Positions 24,268 to 36,900 of a stretch of 64,000 nucleotides of DNA are shown here, piece after piece. Position numbers and translations under genes: made by a program. A model generated the notes under the pieces. That model was not told the origin of the DNA. It searched no databases and saw only the letters and a program-made list of their open reading frames with translations. Every line of letters begins with the position of its first letter. The stretch's first letter is position 1. The DNA lies in NCBI RefSeq assembly GCF_016432865.1, contig NC_067403.1, forward strand, positions 256,804,001-256,868,000, read 5' to 3'. The DNA comes from Antechinus flavipes. Its lineage: Eukaryota.

Positions 24268-24400
24268 AGGTAGGAGGCCCGGTGGGTAGCACAGGCCCCG
24301 GAGTCAGAAGGACCCGAGTTCAGAGTGGATCCCAGACTTACTAGCCGTGTGCTCCTGAAAAAGTCACTTATCCCTGATTGCCTCAAAAAAAAAAAAAAAA
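24268..24400 (+). mobile_element. CORE-SINE (WSINE1/MAR1-like) with poly-A
   Basis: ggagtcagaaggacccgagttc...aagtcacttatccctgattgcctc followed by an A-run. Confidence 0.7.
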
Positions 24401-25849
24401 AGAATTAGATAAGTTGATTGTTACAACAATCCTGAGAGAAAACAGAAGGGTTGGACTTTCTTCGGGTCACATGGCTGTAAGGGTCCGACTTTGAACCCAG
24501 AACATCCCCACTGCAGGCCCAGCGCTCGTGCACTCTGGCGCCCCCTCGCCGCAGGATGCCCTGGGCTTTCTCAGCTCGCGGATGCGTTTTTGCAGGTGAT
24601 TTTGTGCAGCAGAGGGCAGCTTCATGACTGACTGAGCATGATGGGAAAAGCAAGAACCTGGTGCGATGATGTTGATCGCCAGTCTCTCCCCCGCCCCTTT
24701 TGGCCGTTATGTGAGATTCCTTGAGCACTGAGAGAACTTGGCCGAGAGAGATCCAGAGACTGAGCTCACAATCCACAAAGGAACCCCAAGTGGATGAACG
24801 GGCCCGTGGCTTGCCAGCCCTGCCGTCTGGGACGGTAATGAGTGGATGGAACCAGGAATCGAGGAGAAACGCTTGGAAAATCGGGGGCTGCTCCCACGCT
24901 GCCACTGCGGGGACATACTGATATCCAGGGAATACCGGAACCCAAAGAAGGAACTCCTTTGTCCGGATTCAGTTCAGCTCAACAGCCACTTATTAAGTGC
25001 TTGCTGCATGCAAGGCACAGGGCTTTGGAGGATAATGAAGAGACGGTTGCATGAGCAGCACTGCAGAGCGGTGGTCTGTGGAGTATTTATGGGAAGGCCG
25101 GAGGTCGGGGACACGAGCGAACTCACTTCCCCTGCTGTGTTGGCTCGACCTGACCATAGGCAAAGACTATTTCTGGGTCTATGGGGATGCTCTTGCCCCT
25201 GGTCTCCACTGGCACCTCCGGCTCTTTCCAGCCTCACCCCAGCCCTCGTTCTTCCCGGGCCCTATTAGTTTATGGCCTGCTGGTCACCGCCCCCAATTTA
25301 GAGTCTGGGCCCCAAATCTCCAAACCCAGCGCTTGGCCCAGGGCTGGGCACACAGCGGGTACTTAGTACACGTGCAATGGCTGATCGACCCTGTAACTAA
25401 CACACACAAGCAAGAGGGATGAGCTTGGGCACCTGTCGGGGAGATAGGAGGGACAAATGGAGGCCGTATGGCAGGGCGAGGATCCTGGCCCACCCTCCAC
25501 CGGCAGGACCCGCAGGGGCCGAGCTCTCAGGGGAGGGCCACGTGTTTTGGAGGCAGAGGCCCTGGGTTCGAATCCGACCACTTTCCTGCGCCGGCTCCGA
25601 ATGGCTGGGGATGGAATGCCGATGCCGTTGGGGGACAGCGGCACTGGAACGTCAAGGGCCAGGGAGCGGAGGAGGAATGGGAGGCCACGCTGCAAAGGTA
25701 CGGCGCCGGGGCCGGGTGGCTCCCGCGGGCACTGGGGAGCCATGGAAGGTCACGGAGCAGGGGAGGGACCCGGGAGCCGGGGAGAAGCTGAGTTGGGCGG
25801 CGGCCTGGCCGCGCCCCTCGGGCTCGGAGCCCCACCTCTCCTCCGGCAG

Positions 25850-26314
25850 AAGCCGGGCCGCGCCCTGGGGCCGGCGGGGCGGGGCGGGGCGGGGCCCTCA
25901 GGCTGTGGGTCGTTACCCTCGCTCACTCCCCCCCACCCTCCCCCAGCTCAGAGCTGGGCCGGCGTCCCCTGCGGCGGGGGAGGGGAGGAGGAAAAGGGAG
26001 GGGAGGAGGAAGAGGAGCTGGCGGCCGTTGGTCGCGCGCGCGCCGCCGCCACCCCCCCTCTCCGAGCTTCCTCACCCAGCGAGCGGGCTCCCCGGCCGCG
26101 GGGATTGGCTGCCCCCGCGCGCGGCCCTTTCCGCAATTCCCATTGGCCGGCGGTGGCGCGGAGCGCCGGCTGCGATTGGCCGGCGCGCTGCGCCTGCGCG
26201 GCGGGGTTGTCGTCCGCCCTCCATTCCAGGGGAGGACGGCCGTCAGGGCGGACGTCTCGCTCGTCGCTCAGGGAAAGGCGGGGGTCCGGGCTCTTGGCCG
26301 GGGGCGGCGGCGCC
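25850..26314 (+). promoter_or_regulatory. RBM14: RBM14 CpG-island promoter / 5' leader
   Basis: Four tandem GGGGC at 25876-25895; three inverted CCAAT boxes at 26104, 26142 and 26175. Confidence 0.8.
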
Positions 26315-26651
26315 ATGAAGATCTTTGTGGGGAACGTAGATGGGGCGGACACGACCCCGGAGGAGCTCGCGGCCCTCTTCTCGCGCTTCGGCACCGTCAT
26401 GAGCTGCGCCGTCATGAAGCAGTTCGCTTTCGTGCACGTGCGCGAGGCCGCGGGCGCGCTGCGCGCCATCGAGGCCCTGCACGGCCACGAGCTCCGGCCG
26501 GGGCGCGCCCTCGTGGTGGAGATGTCGCGGCCGCGGCCTCTCAACACTTGGAAAATTTTCGTGGGGAACGTGTCGGCCGCGTGCACGAGCCAGGAGCTGC
26601 GCAGCCTCTTCGAGCGCCACGGGCCCGTCATCGAGTGTGACGTGGTCAAAG
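26315..26651 (+). CDS. RBM14: RBM14 (CoAA) exon 1: RRM1 and first half of RRM2
   Basis: gccATG; [22 protein letters not shown]...IECDVVK; donor AAAG|gtaac; 337 nt. Confidence 0.98.
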
Positions 26652-29600
26652 GTAACGCGGGGGCGCGCCCGGGGGGGAAGGGGCCAGGACCCGCGGGGGC
26701 GCGTGTCGGGGCCGCGCCCGTCGGCGTTGGGGCGAGGACACTTTAAGCCGGTGACCGTGTGGGGGGGGACGGGGGCGCGTGTGCGCGGCGGGGGCGGAAA
26801 GTGTTGGGAAGTGCCGGGGCCACGCGGGATCCCGAGGCGCCTTCGGACGTCGGTCCGGGCCCGCTGCAGACGAATGCGCCGGAGCGGAAGGTAACGGGGC
26901 CCCCGAGCCCAGCCTCGCAGCGGCCTTCGCCCCCCCTTCCCCAGGAGCCTGACCCCGACTTTGAGCTTCCCCCTGGTGGCCGCAGGGATTCCTGGTCGGC
27001 AGAATCGCCGGCTTTAGGCCGCGCGGTTTGTGCAGATTCTGCCGCCTTGGGCAGGAACGGACCCTTGGGTAGTCCAGCGTCCTTTGCAGGTGGGATCGGC
27101 TTAGCTTCTCCTGGTGATCTGCAGAAGCCGCAGTTCATTTCCCTGCATTTCGGAAGAGAGGGAGGAGGGATGTGCTCGGAGAGTCTCATGCCCCTTTTTG
27201 GGGGTGTTCAGACTCGGCAAAAGGAGTGTTAGGGAGAGAAACCCTCCGTGTGTTTTCTGCATCTGCCACCCCGGTCCAGGAAGGCTCCTCCGTGGTGTAT
27301 CTCCTCTTTCCAGCAAGGGGTGGGAAGAGTAAAAGATCTAATTTGGCCCTCCACTTCTCCTTCACAGGAATAGCCTTCTCATCCTGCATTAATATTGCAT
27401 TCTATTTTCCTCAACTCAGGTTATGGAAGTCCAGGAATATCCGGATCCAGGCTCTTCTGCCAGGTGTTCTGGGGCAGGCTATGGTGTTTGCAGTTTGCTT
27501 TTGTATTGAGGAAAAATGGAAAGGACTTCAAGGAAGGAAGTGGGGATTCTGACTTTGGCTCTTATTTGTTTTCACTCGGCTTAATAAATGTCAGAATTGC
27601 TTCTTCACCAGGGTGGGTTCTGAGTGGAGAATTGAGAAATTTGGATCTGTGAAATTAAAATTGCTGTGGTGGAATTCGTGGTGTTAGGAACCTTCTTTGC
27701 TCGGTGCTTTCTCAGAAACAGAGGTAGCGGGTAGCGGAGGGAAAACAATTGGCATGGTTCATCACGGCTTGCTTAGACTGAAAAGAACGGGATGGGAGGT
27801 AGCTGGCATTTCGTTTGGAAGCACCTGGAGAATGCTTGTGGATTTAAGAGCAGAAATGTGTTTATGATCATGGCAGTCAGGAGTACCGGTTTATACTCCT
27901 TAATGAGACTGTTTGATTTGATCAGGAAGATCTGTGGGAGCCTCTTTAATATTAGAGCTCCCAGAGAAAGAGGGTCATACTTCACAGAATCCTTCTAACT
28001 CTCTTGCTGAGAACAGAAGTTTGGATGAGGCGAGCCCCAACGGGGGGGAGGTAATACAGTGATGGGTGTGAAAGAGGAACCGTTTTTCCATTACCTCCTA
28101 TTATTACATTGACGCTAGTCTTTACCACTTAAAAACCCAAGGCTCACCGTTAGAGGAGAAGGAGGGAGTTGGACCTTTAGTGCAACCTGTGGTCCAGGTG
28201 CAGAAGGAAAGAGGAAGCTGCTTGGTGACTCTGGATGGCTTAGTGTATTAGAGCAGCAGTTCTGAGCCACCTGTGGCTTTACCCCATAGGCTCCGCAGAG
28301 AAGTGGGCGCCTTGTGTTCTGTCTTAAAGGCCCATCACCAGCCTGGGGGGAGCTCTGAGGAGATGCTGTCCCCTTAGACTTAGAACCTCCTGAAGAGTGA
28401 GTCTGTTGTGCCATACTAGCAGAGGGAATTGGGCGGTGATGCTGGGAAACCTCGGTGCTTTGTTTTCCCTATGGAAAAAGTATCTTCTCAAAAGTTCCTC
28501 CATATATTCCATCATCTAATTTGAAGCGTTGATGGGGCTCTTCAGGATCCTTGAATCTTCAGGTGTTTTTCCTTGCTGTTCTCTTAGCGAAACGAGGCTC
28601 TGTTCTCTTCTGCTGGTTCAGGCTCTTCTCCTGGGAGACTGGTTAGGCTTATGACTCCCTGAGCCAGCTGGTCTTGTGCTTTTTTATCTGCTTCCCAGAA
28701 GCCCCTTATATGGGTAGGATTTGGTTGTAGTCCTATATATATATTTTTCTTGGTGTATCCAGTTAATTTTAATGTGTGGTATTTTATGTGGATTTCAAGA
28801 TACTTTTCAACCTGGCTCTTAAAAACATAATTTTAAAAATGGACAAAGTTGGGTTGTAATTAGGGTACCTGGCCTTTTTCAACTTTTCCCATCGTTCATT
28901 GGTTGTTTTAGCCTAATTCTACCCATTTTGGGACTGATTAGAAATAGCTACCAAGGGAATTCTCATTCAAGTTTTATTTCTCCTGACTCCTCTTGGATGC
29001 TCCCCCACCCCCCTTGGACTGCTACCCTTTGCGGCCCTTCCTTTCCCTTGAGTGAGGTTTGAGTGCCTTCCTCCTTACTTTCCACTCGTGTGTGGGGTCT
29101 TTTCCTTCTTCCTTCCCTCCCCTGTGGAGAGGAGAGCTTGTGTTCTGCTGCGGGGTGGGAAGGGACTCAGTTCCCTTTATTTCATTCTTTCATCATCTCA
29201 GATTCTAAGATTGCAAGTAGAAAGGGTCTTCCTGCCTCTTGTTTGCTTTCTTAGAACAGGGGAAGGTTGGGATTTGGAGGGCATTCTTCTGAACCAGCTT
29301 TAGAGCACCCGTACGTGCTGTGACATGATACTTGAGAGCACTTCCACATTTCTTAGTTCACAACAGTTGGCCAGATGGAGAGGCAGGTCAACAGACTTGC
29401 CCAGCGGCTCTGATGGTGCACTTGAAACCTCTTCATCCCCCCTAGTCCCCAGCACCATTTTGGTTCTTCCATATGGCTCCTACATAGGCTTTCTCTTCAG
29501 TTGCATTTGAATTTTGATGGTCATGTGTTTGCCCCCAAGGAACAGAAGAGGATACTGGTGTCCATGGAGAACATCTTGGGAGGAAGGCTCCACATCCAAT

Positions 29601-30829
29601 GCCCTTCTCATAGCTAAAGTACTTGTTTGGGAGCAGAAGATGCCATTGATTTTGAGGGCTCAGCCTAAATTAGACTGATCAATTACTAGTGAGAAGTGTT
29701 CCTGATGGAGAGTCAGTGAGCGGGCTTAGTTCTTGCATCTCACCAGAGCCAGGCTGGGCTCTTGTGGATTCTTCTGGCTTCTTTTTCTCTAGCCTCGTAC
29801 TTTCCCCAGACCCTCTCGCCCGACCTCTGGCGTTGTTGGCCAGATGCTCTGTTGGCGTCTCTGCGCTGACAAATTGCGTGGCGCCCCCCTCTCCCCATGC
29901 CCCAGGTGATCTTGGAAAGGGCAGTAAGTGGTTTGAGGATAGACGCGGTGCCAGCCACGATGACTGCAGCTTGTAATTTCACAGCCTGGAGAGCAGAAGG
30001 CCCATGTAGTTAAAACCTGTAGTGTCACAGAGGTTCAGCGCGGGGACAGGTTTGTCTGGGTATCTGTGAAGCATTGTGGCCCTGGGGGCGAGTCTGAGCT
30101 AGAGAGCCGCCTGGGCTTTATTTCCTCCACTCAAGAATATGGAAGCAATCCTGAGGTTTTGATCCTGGCTGGGCTTGTTTTGGAAGTTTGCAATCTCACT
30201 AGGTCAGAGCAGAAAACGTCTGGGATGAAGCCAGAATTCTTGGATTTAAGTGTAGCTCTCTGTCTAACATGGACAAGTCTGGGTCTCGCTTTCTTAATCT
30301 ATAAAAGAGACCTTTGCCTTGCCGCCCTTAGAGGCTGTTTGTGAAAGTCAGGTGACAGTGGTCGTCACTGTTTTGTGAAGTGCCTTCTGGTTTCAGAGGG
30401 TCATTCCTGAAACTGCTGGTGGTTGGCTGCCTCTGTCTGGGAGGCTTTGGTTTGACCTGGTGTCCTTGCCGTAATTAGCCTAGTGCCCCCAGGGTTTGGA
30501 GACTGAAGCCTGGGTATAAACTCAGGTGAGTGGCAGCCATAAGCTGGAGAGAAGTCTCCTTTTTGTCTGGCAGTTAGGAAGCTTTTTATTGAAGCTTTGC
30601 TGGAAGTCCTTTTAATGGCATCTCCCTAGCCTGGGGTCGTTGGCAGCCTTAAGGCCTGGGCTCCCAGTCCAGGAGGAAAGCTGTGGAGGTGACTGGTGAT
30701 GGCCGGGACCTGCCATCGGGAATGAGTGTGTGCGCGAGTGGCTGCGTGTGTGTCCCAGTGTGGGGCTTACTCTCAGGTAAAGGGCCTGCTCCCCCTAACC
30801 GCTAACCCCTCTGTCTGCTGCTTTATCAG

Positions 30830-32312
30830 ACTATGCGTTTGTTCACATGGAAAAGGAAGCAGACGCCAAAGCCGCCATCGAGCAGCTCAACGGCAAGGAA
30901 GTGAAGGGCAAGCGCATCAACGTGGAGCTTTCCATCAAAGGTCAGAAGAAGGGGCCAGCGGGCCTGGCAGCCCCTGGGGAAAAGGCCAAGAAGCCAGGGG
31001 CTGGCGACACTGCGTTCCCTGGGACTGGTGGCTTTTCCGCCACCTTTGATTACCAGCAGGCCTTCGGCAACAGCACCACCGGCTTCGATGGGCGGCCCCG
31101 GCAGCCCTCTCCTCCTTTCTATGGCCGTGACCGCAGTCCCCTGCGCCGCTCGCCTCCCCGAGCTTCCTACGTGACCCCGCTGACTGCCCAGCCGGCCACT
31201 TACCGAGCCCAGCCTTCAGTTTCCCTGGGGGCGGCCTATAGAGCCCAACCCTCTGCTTCCTTGGGTGTTGCCTACCGGACCCAGCCCATGACAGCCCAGG
31301 CAGCCTCCTACCGGGCACAGCCTTCAGTGTCCCTGGGCGCCCCGTACCGGGCCCAGCTGGCTAGCCCTGGCTCACAGCCCGGGGGAGCTTCCTCACTTGG
31401 CCCCTACGGAGGTGCCCAGCCTTCGGCCTCGGCCCTTACTTCCTACGGGGCCCAGTCAGCCGCGGCCTCTTCTCTCACCTCCTATGGGGCACAGGCCTCC
31501 TCCCTTGCCTCATATGGGAATCAGCCAGCTTCCTATGGGGTGCGGGCTGCTGCCTCCTCTTACAACGCCCAGTCGGCAGCTTCCTCCCTGACCTCCTATG
31601 GGGCTCAGGCAGCTTCCTACGGGGCCCAGCCTGCAGCATCCTCACTTGCTTACGGGGCCCAGGCGGCCTCCTATAACACCCAGCCTACTGCAGCCTCCTA
31701 TAATGCTCAGCCCACGGCAGCCTCTTACAATGCCCAGTCAGGCCCATATGCAGCCCAGCCAGCTGCTTCCTATTCTGCCCAGCCTGCTGCCTACGTGGCT
31801 CAGCCCGCTACTGCTGCAGCCTATGCCGCCCAGCCAGCCGCCTACGCGGCGCAGGCAGCGGGGCCCCTCGCCGGCTCCTACGGCGCCCAGCCGGTCGTCA
31901 CAGCGCAGCTGAATGCGTATGGGGCTCAGGCCACCATGGGCCTCTCTGGCTCCTATGGGGCTCAGTCAGCTGCAGCGACCGGCTCCTATGGGGCGGCAGC
32001 TGCCTACGGCGCCCAGCCCACCGCGGCGGCCCTGGCTGCTCCCTACCGCACTCAGTCGTCGGCCCCGTTGGGTTCTTCCTATGCTGCCCAACAGCAGCCT
32101 CCCCAGCCTGCTGCTGCTTCCTACCGGGGCCAGCCAGGTGCCACCTATGAGGGGGCGGGCCAGCCGTCCGCAGCCTACCTGTCCCTGTCCCAGGGGCCTG
32201 TTGCCAACGCCGCTACCAGCACCCCGCCGCCCTATGAGCGTACCCGCCTCTCCCCACCCCGAGACAGCTACGATGATCCCTACAAAAAGGCCGCCGCCAT
32301 CATGTCGAAAAG
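30830..32312 (+). CDS. RBM14: RBM14 exon 2: end of RRM2 plus Tyr/Ala/Gln-rich prion-like domain
   Basis: atcag|ACTATG ([14 protein letters not shown]); SYGAQ repeats; donor AAAAG|gtact; 1483 nt. Confidence 0.97.
30938..30946 (+). other. RBM14: Internal alternative 5' splice site AAG|GTCAGA (CoAM-type short isoform)
   Basis: Splicing from 30940 to exon 3 gives KGMVP..., the start of the recalled human CoAM tail GMVPTGV; predicted length about 156 aa. Confidence 0.65.
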
Positions 32313-33133
32313 GTACTGTATGCCCCCAGGCTCTGCCCCCTGGCTGGGGCCTTGGGCGCGGGGCTGAGGTTAGGATGGGAGGGAAGCTAGAGCCAATGAC
32401 CCTTCCTCACTCTCCATTCACCTTGGTGCTCCGTGGGATGCCTCGAGGCCAAGTGGTAGGGTTTTTTGGGGGGCAGCCTCTCAAGATTTTAGTTGGGGCT
32501 TTAGACAGTGTGGCTCGATTTAGAGCCTGCCACTTAAGGCTGTGAGAGGCGGCGCCTGGCTGGGTCAGCCTCTGTGCCACGGGATCCCTTGCTGGTGAAT
32601 GGGTCCCTGATCTTTTCCCACCATCTTGAATGCCCCCTAACGTGTGACCTGGCTGTCCTTGCTGTGATAGCTGTAGGTTTGGAGATGAGGCAGTGGGGGG
32701 GGCACCTAGATCTGCACTAGTACCCTGGTAGTCAGTACTGCGTCTGCTCTGGGGGAAACGGGGAATCTTGCTGGCATTCGCCGTTCCAAAGCAACCGAGC
32801 TTGGCTCTCCTCCGACCTGGACCTTTCACTGTGGGTGTCCCAGGTGTTTTTTGTGACGTAGAAATGGATGGTGGCCACAGAGCATCTTGGGCCTGGACCT
32901 AGGGGGAGTGTCAGTGAAGGGCTTGGTCCCCAACCCTAAACCATCCCAGTTTATCCCAGATTTGATTTTCTTGCCCTGTATCAGCATCCCGGGGGTGGAA
33001 AGCACACGAGACCCCTTGATTGGAGACTTGCCTGGCCACTAGCCCCTGACTCCATTGGCATTTCCCCCCACCCAGCTGGAGCTCCTTCCCCGACAACTGT
33101 CTCATTCACCAACTGTCTTCTTCTCTCGATCAG

Positions 33134-33341
33134 GTATGGTTCCANNNNNNNNNNNNNNNNNNNNNNNNNNNNNNNNNNNNNNNNNNNNNNNNNNNNNNNN
33201 NNNNNNNNNNNNNNNNNNNNNNNNNNNNNNNNNNNNNNNNNNNNNNNNNNNNNNNNNNNNNNNNNNNNNNNNNNNNCGGGCTCCTATAGCGAGTACCTGC
33301 GGGCAGCGCAGATGCACTCTGGCTACCAGCGCCGCCTGTAG
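33134..33341 (+). CDS. RBM14: RBM14 exon 3 coding part, 132 N inside
   Basis: tcag|GTATGGTTCC (RYGS); after the gap GSYSEYLRAAQMHSGYQRRL*; frame preserved across the gap; total CDS 2028 nt = 675 aa. Confidence 0.93.
33145..33276. other. Assembly gap, 132 N, inside RBM14 exon 3
   Basis: Run of N. Confidence 1.
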
Positions 33342-33934
33342 GGTTGTCCTGCGGGTGGGTGGGAACAGAGTGAGGAGGAGGTGGGGGTAGGCTAGGGGCC
33401 CGTTCGGTAAGAGCGAGTTTTGATTCCCCTTTCTCCAGTGTGGTTCTGCCCGAGGCAGCCGAGTCTTTGTAGTGTTGCGGCAGTAACCTGTTCTTTTGTT
33501 CCTCCGCCTCAGCAGTGAGTCTTGCCTTTGGCTCCAGACGGTCGGCTCCCCCTCCCACCTCCTGTCCCCTACCCCCTGCCTCCCACTTTTACTGAGCAGG
33601 AATTTCTCTTTACGTTTTTATCTTTTTCCTGAACTCCCTTGGATTTTTTGTGCGCGGTGTTTGAGGTCGTCTGGACAGGAAGCAGCCCATGGCTGCGGTC
33701 AGCGGCGCCTTTTCCTTTTGAGAGATGAGGGAGGCTGGGGACAGGTCAGCCCCTTCATCCCCTGTGCTCCCTTGACCCCATCCCTGCCCACACGCCGCTT
33801 TGGAGGTGGGGTTCCTGGTGACTGCGAGCAGAGCTGATGTTGAGCAGTACACCCCAGCCCCTCGTTCCCCATCTTCCCCAAGTAGGGAGTGTTAGAAACC
33901 TCATTTTTTTCTTTCCCCTTTTGTATGGACTATG

Positions 33935-33940
33935 AATAAA
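33935..33940 (+). terminator. RBM14: RBM14 polyadenylation signal AATAAA
   Basis: AATAAA about 590 nt after the stop, followed by GT/T-rich sequence. Confidence 0.75.
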
Positions 33941-36900
33941 ACTTGGGGCAATTTGCAGTTTGGAAACCTGGTTGTCATTGTCTTGATTGAACTGTGTCAC
34001 CGAGGAGCCATCGGTGACATCGAGAGAGATGTGGCAGCTAAAGTGAAGGCAACCTGGACTTTGATCCCAGAAATCCAGGGAGGACAGAATCGTTAGGCTG
34101 TGGGCTTCCTACAGGAAGGTCTCTGGGAGATGATCTCCTTGGGCATACCTAGCTTATGGTGCCCTCTGCTTCATGGCCCCTGTACACCCTGTACAGGTGA
34201 TAGGGCAAGGGGGAATGACCTGTGCTTTGGGGTGGTTGGGAAGGAGAGGGGATGGCAGAGGGGACAGTCGACCTCAGTGGATGTTCCATGCTCCCCCCTG
34301 CCTCCGCTATCACCTGCGCCCTCCTCCCAATTATGGGGCTCTGGAGTAGCCTTGTGGGCTTACTGTAGTTTTAGGTAAGAGGGAAGCAGCAAGACCTAGA
34401 GAGCTGCAGCTTTTTTAGGACCCAGAAAAAGGAGGCACTGGGAGCACAGACAGGAGGAGGCCTGAGGACTTGACTTGAAAATTGGAGTCTGGCCTGGAGA
34501 AGTTGGTCTTCACATTACTTGAGCCAGATTTCCATTCCACATTGGGGGAGGCGGGGCTTCTTGGGATGATGTGCATCTGGGAGCATTGTTCTTCCTACCC
34601 TCCCTCCCCCCCAGCAGATGGTGTGCTGGTGCCGGGATGTCCCGGCCAAACCCGTCCACTTGTAGCCCATTGATCGGGAAGCAGTCAGCACTCGGAGGCC
34701 GGCTCTTCCGTGGAGCTCTCGGGGTCACATCGGGCTACCCAGGATCATCCAGGGCTAGGATGCACTCCAGGAGATTTCTGAGCTGTGAATTCTCTCTTCC
34801 TATTTGCTTCTACTCTTTGTTTTTCCTTTATTCTTTGGAAGGGATCCGAGGTGTGGGGTGGGGGTGGGGGGAACTGAGGTTATTTGTAAGCCTTCATAGG
34901 TAGAGCTCGAGCTCTCCATGAACATTGGAAGGTTGGCTATAACAAGTCCTTCTTTCTTGTCATTCTGATCTCCTGTCTTCTCTCTTTTTCTCCCCTGTTG
35001 GGGGTCTTGACTGACTGTCCTTTTTGCAGCTCAGGGCAAGCGGTTACCTGGAACCACCTGGAGCCTGGATGAGCACCCTAGCCAGGCCCAGGCTCCCGGA
35101 CCCCTTGGCTCTCTTGAGTTCCTCCTTGGCTAATGGGGACAGAGCAGGTGTGCTGCTAGCCCTCTCCCCACCCTGTTCTCTCTCGTCCTTCCTTTTCTGC
35201 CCAGGAGGGTCAAGCTAGCTGGGCAGTCTGTCTTCGGTTGTTCCAGCCCATTTTCTCATTTCTCCTGTTCCTCTCGTGTCTTTCTGACTTTGAGATCCTG
35301 TCTCCTTGGAGGAGGGTGGAGGGAAGTGTCAGCTTGGGGGCTGTTGATAGGTATGGGAGAGAACCTGTGACTCCTCTTATGTTGGGGACCCCACATCTAC
35401 ATGCACCTTACATTTTGGGAAAGTAGAAGTAGGTGCAGTTGCTGCTGGATGGCTACTCCAAAAGGCAGGCAGACCCTGCCTCGGGCTGTCCCCAAGTGGC
35501 CCCGTGGCCACTACTTCTGCTCCTTGCTGAGTTCTCCAAGCTGTCCTTGGTGTCCCCCTGGACCGCTTTGCTTTTCTGCTTCAGGCAAAATGGAACGTCA
35601 CAGTGTATGTTTTTTTTTTTTTACAGGCATCTCTTTAGGTGGCTGCTGCCCCAAATGGACCAACTAACCCAATCATGGTCCTGTAGGCTTTGGATTTAGA
35701 GGCCTGGGGTTTAAGAGAGGGGAACTTTGGGACCCACAGATCAAAATGGTAGGGCTTTTGGTGTCCACACTGCACCAAAGCGTTTTGTTAGTGGCACCAG
35801 TTGAGAGACACTTAAGGAGTGGCTGTGAGCCCGAATTGGGCACAAGCAGGTTTTTTCACACCTGGTTCTGGTTTGATGCCGTCTTCCTGTTGAGCACTGG
35901 ACCAAGCACCGTCAGAGGTGCCGTCCGGCAATTCCACCAACCTGAAGCGCCTAGAACCTCCTGCGTACAGGCCTCAGCTCTGGCAGAAGAGAATGACAGG
36001 CTTCCTCCTGAGGTTGAGCTGCCCTCTTCAATTAATCACATGATGGCGGGTGATAGGAATAGGACAAATATTGGGCATTCAGGAGAGGGAAGAATTTCCC
36101 GCGGAGAACGGGCGGGACTTTGTTCCCATTGGACTTTTAAGGGGCATACCGCCCTTTCCCTTGCCGAGGAGGGATAGCAAGCTTGACCTATAGAAAGGCG
36201 AGTTTAGACAGGGAGACTAGAGAGCGCCTGAGTTCTGGTGACTCTTGTGTTGAGAGGAGGCTGGGTACAGCTTTTCCCCGGCTGCCTTTCTTCCCTGTTA
36301 CAATGGGGTAGGTCCAAATGAGGAGTAATTAACTTTGTGTCCTGGGACCCCTTGGACAGGTAGTTTGGTGAAATCTATGGACCCTACAGAGTGATGTTAT
36401 TTTTGAATGCCTGAAATACATACGATTACAAAGAAGGCCAGTTATGTCAGAATAAAGATGTAATTACAAATGCTCTGAAATTACCCATGGAGGTGAGCCC
36501 CAGATTAAGAAATCTTGGTCAAGGGCTCTTGGGTGCCCCTGCTTCTGATATCCTTGGATCCCCTCCAAAGTTGGGACTTCGGTAGAGCTGGAAGCAGACC
36601 TCTTGTTGGGGAAGAAGCTGGCTGGGAGTTTGTGAGGTCCCCACCTTGTCTTCCTAAGTGGGAGTGTTAGGGGAAGGGTCAAACTGCCGGGGAAGTGCAC
36701 AAATCCTTGCGCAGCAATTGGAAGGGACCTTACTGAGAGCAGAGCCAGAGGGATTGGCCCAGAAGGAGTTCCAGGCATGGGTCTCTGGGCTCTCAACTGG
36801 AGTGTCTTTGCCAGCCCCCCGAGCTGGGCCTGGAAACCTGGAGGCCAGAAGTGGACACTTGGCCCCACAAAAGTCCCTGGCTGTTTGTTTTGTTATGGAA

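Noticed and set aside
25457-26314. 286-codon in-frame extension upstream of the RBM14 ATG
   Set aside because: It runs through GC boxes and CCAAT boxes upstream of the likely TSS; stop-poor CpG-island artefact.
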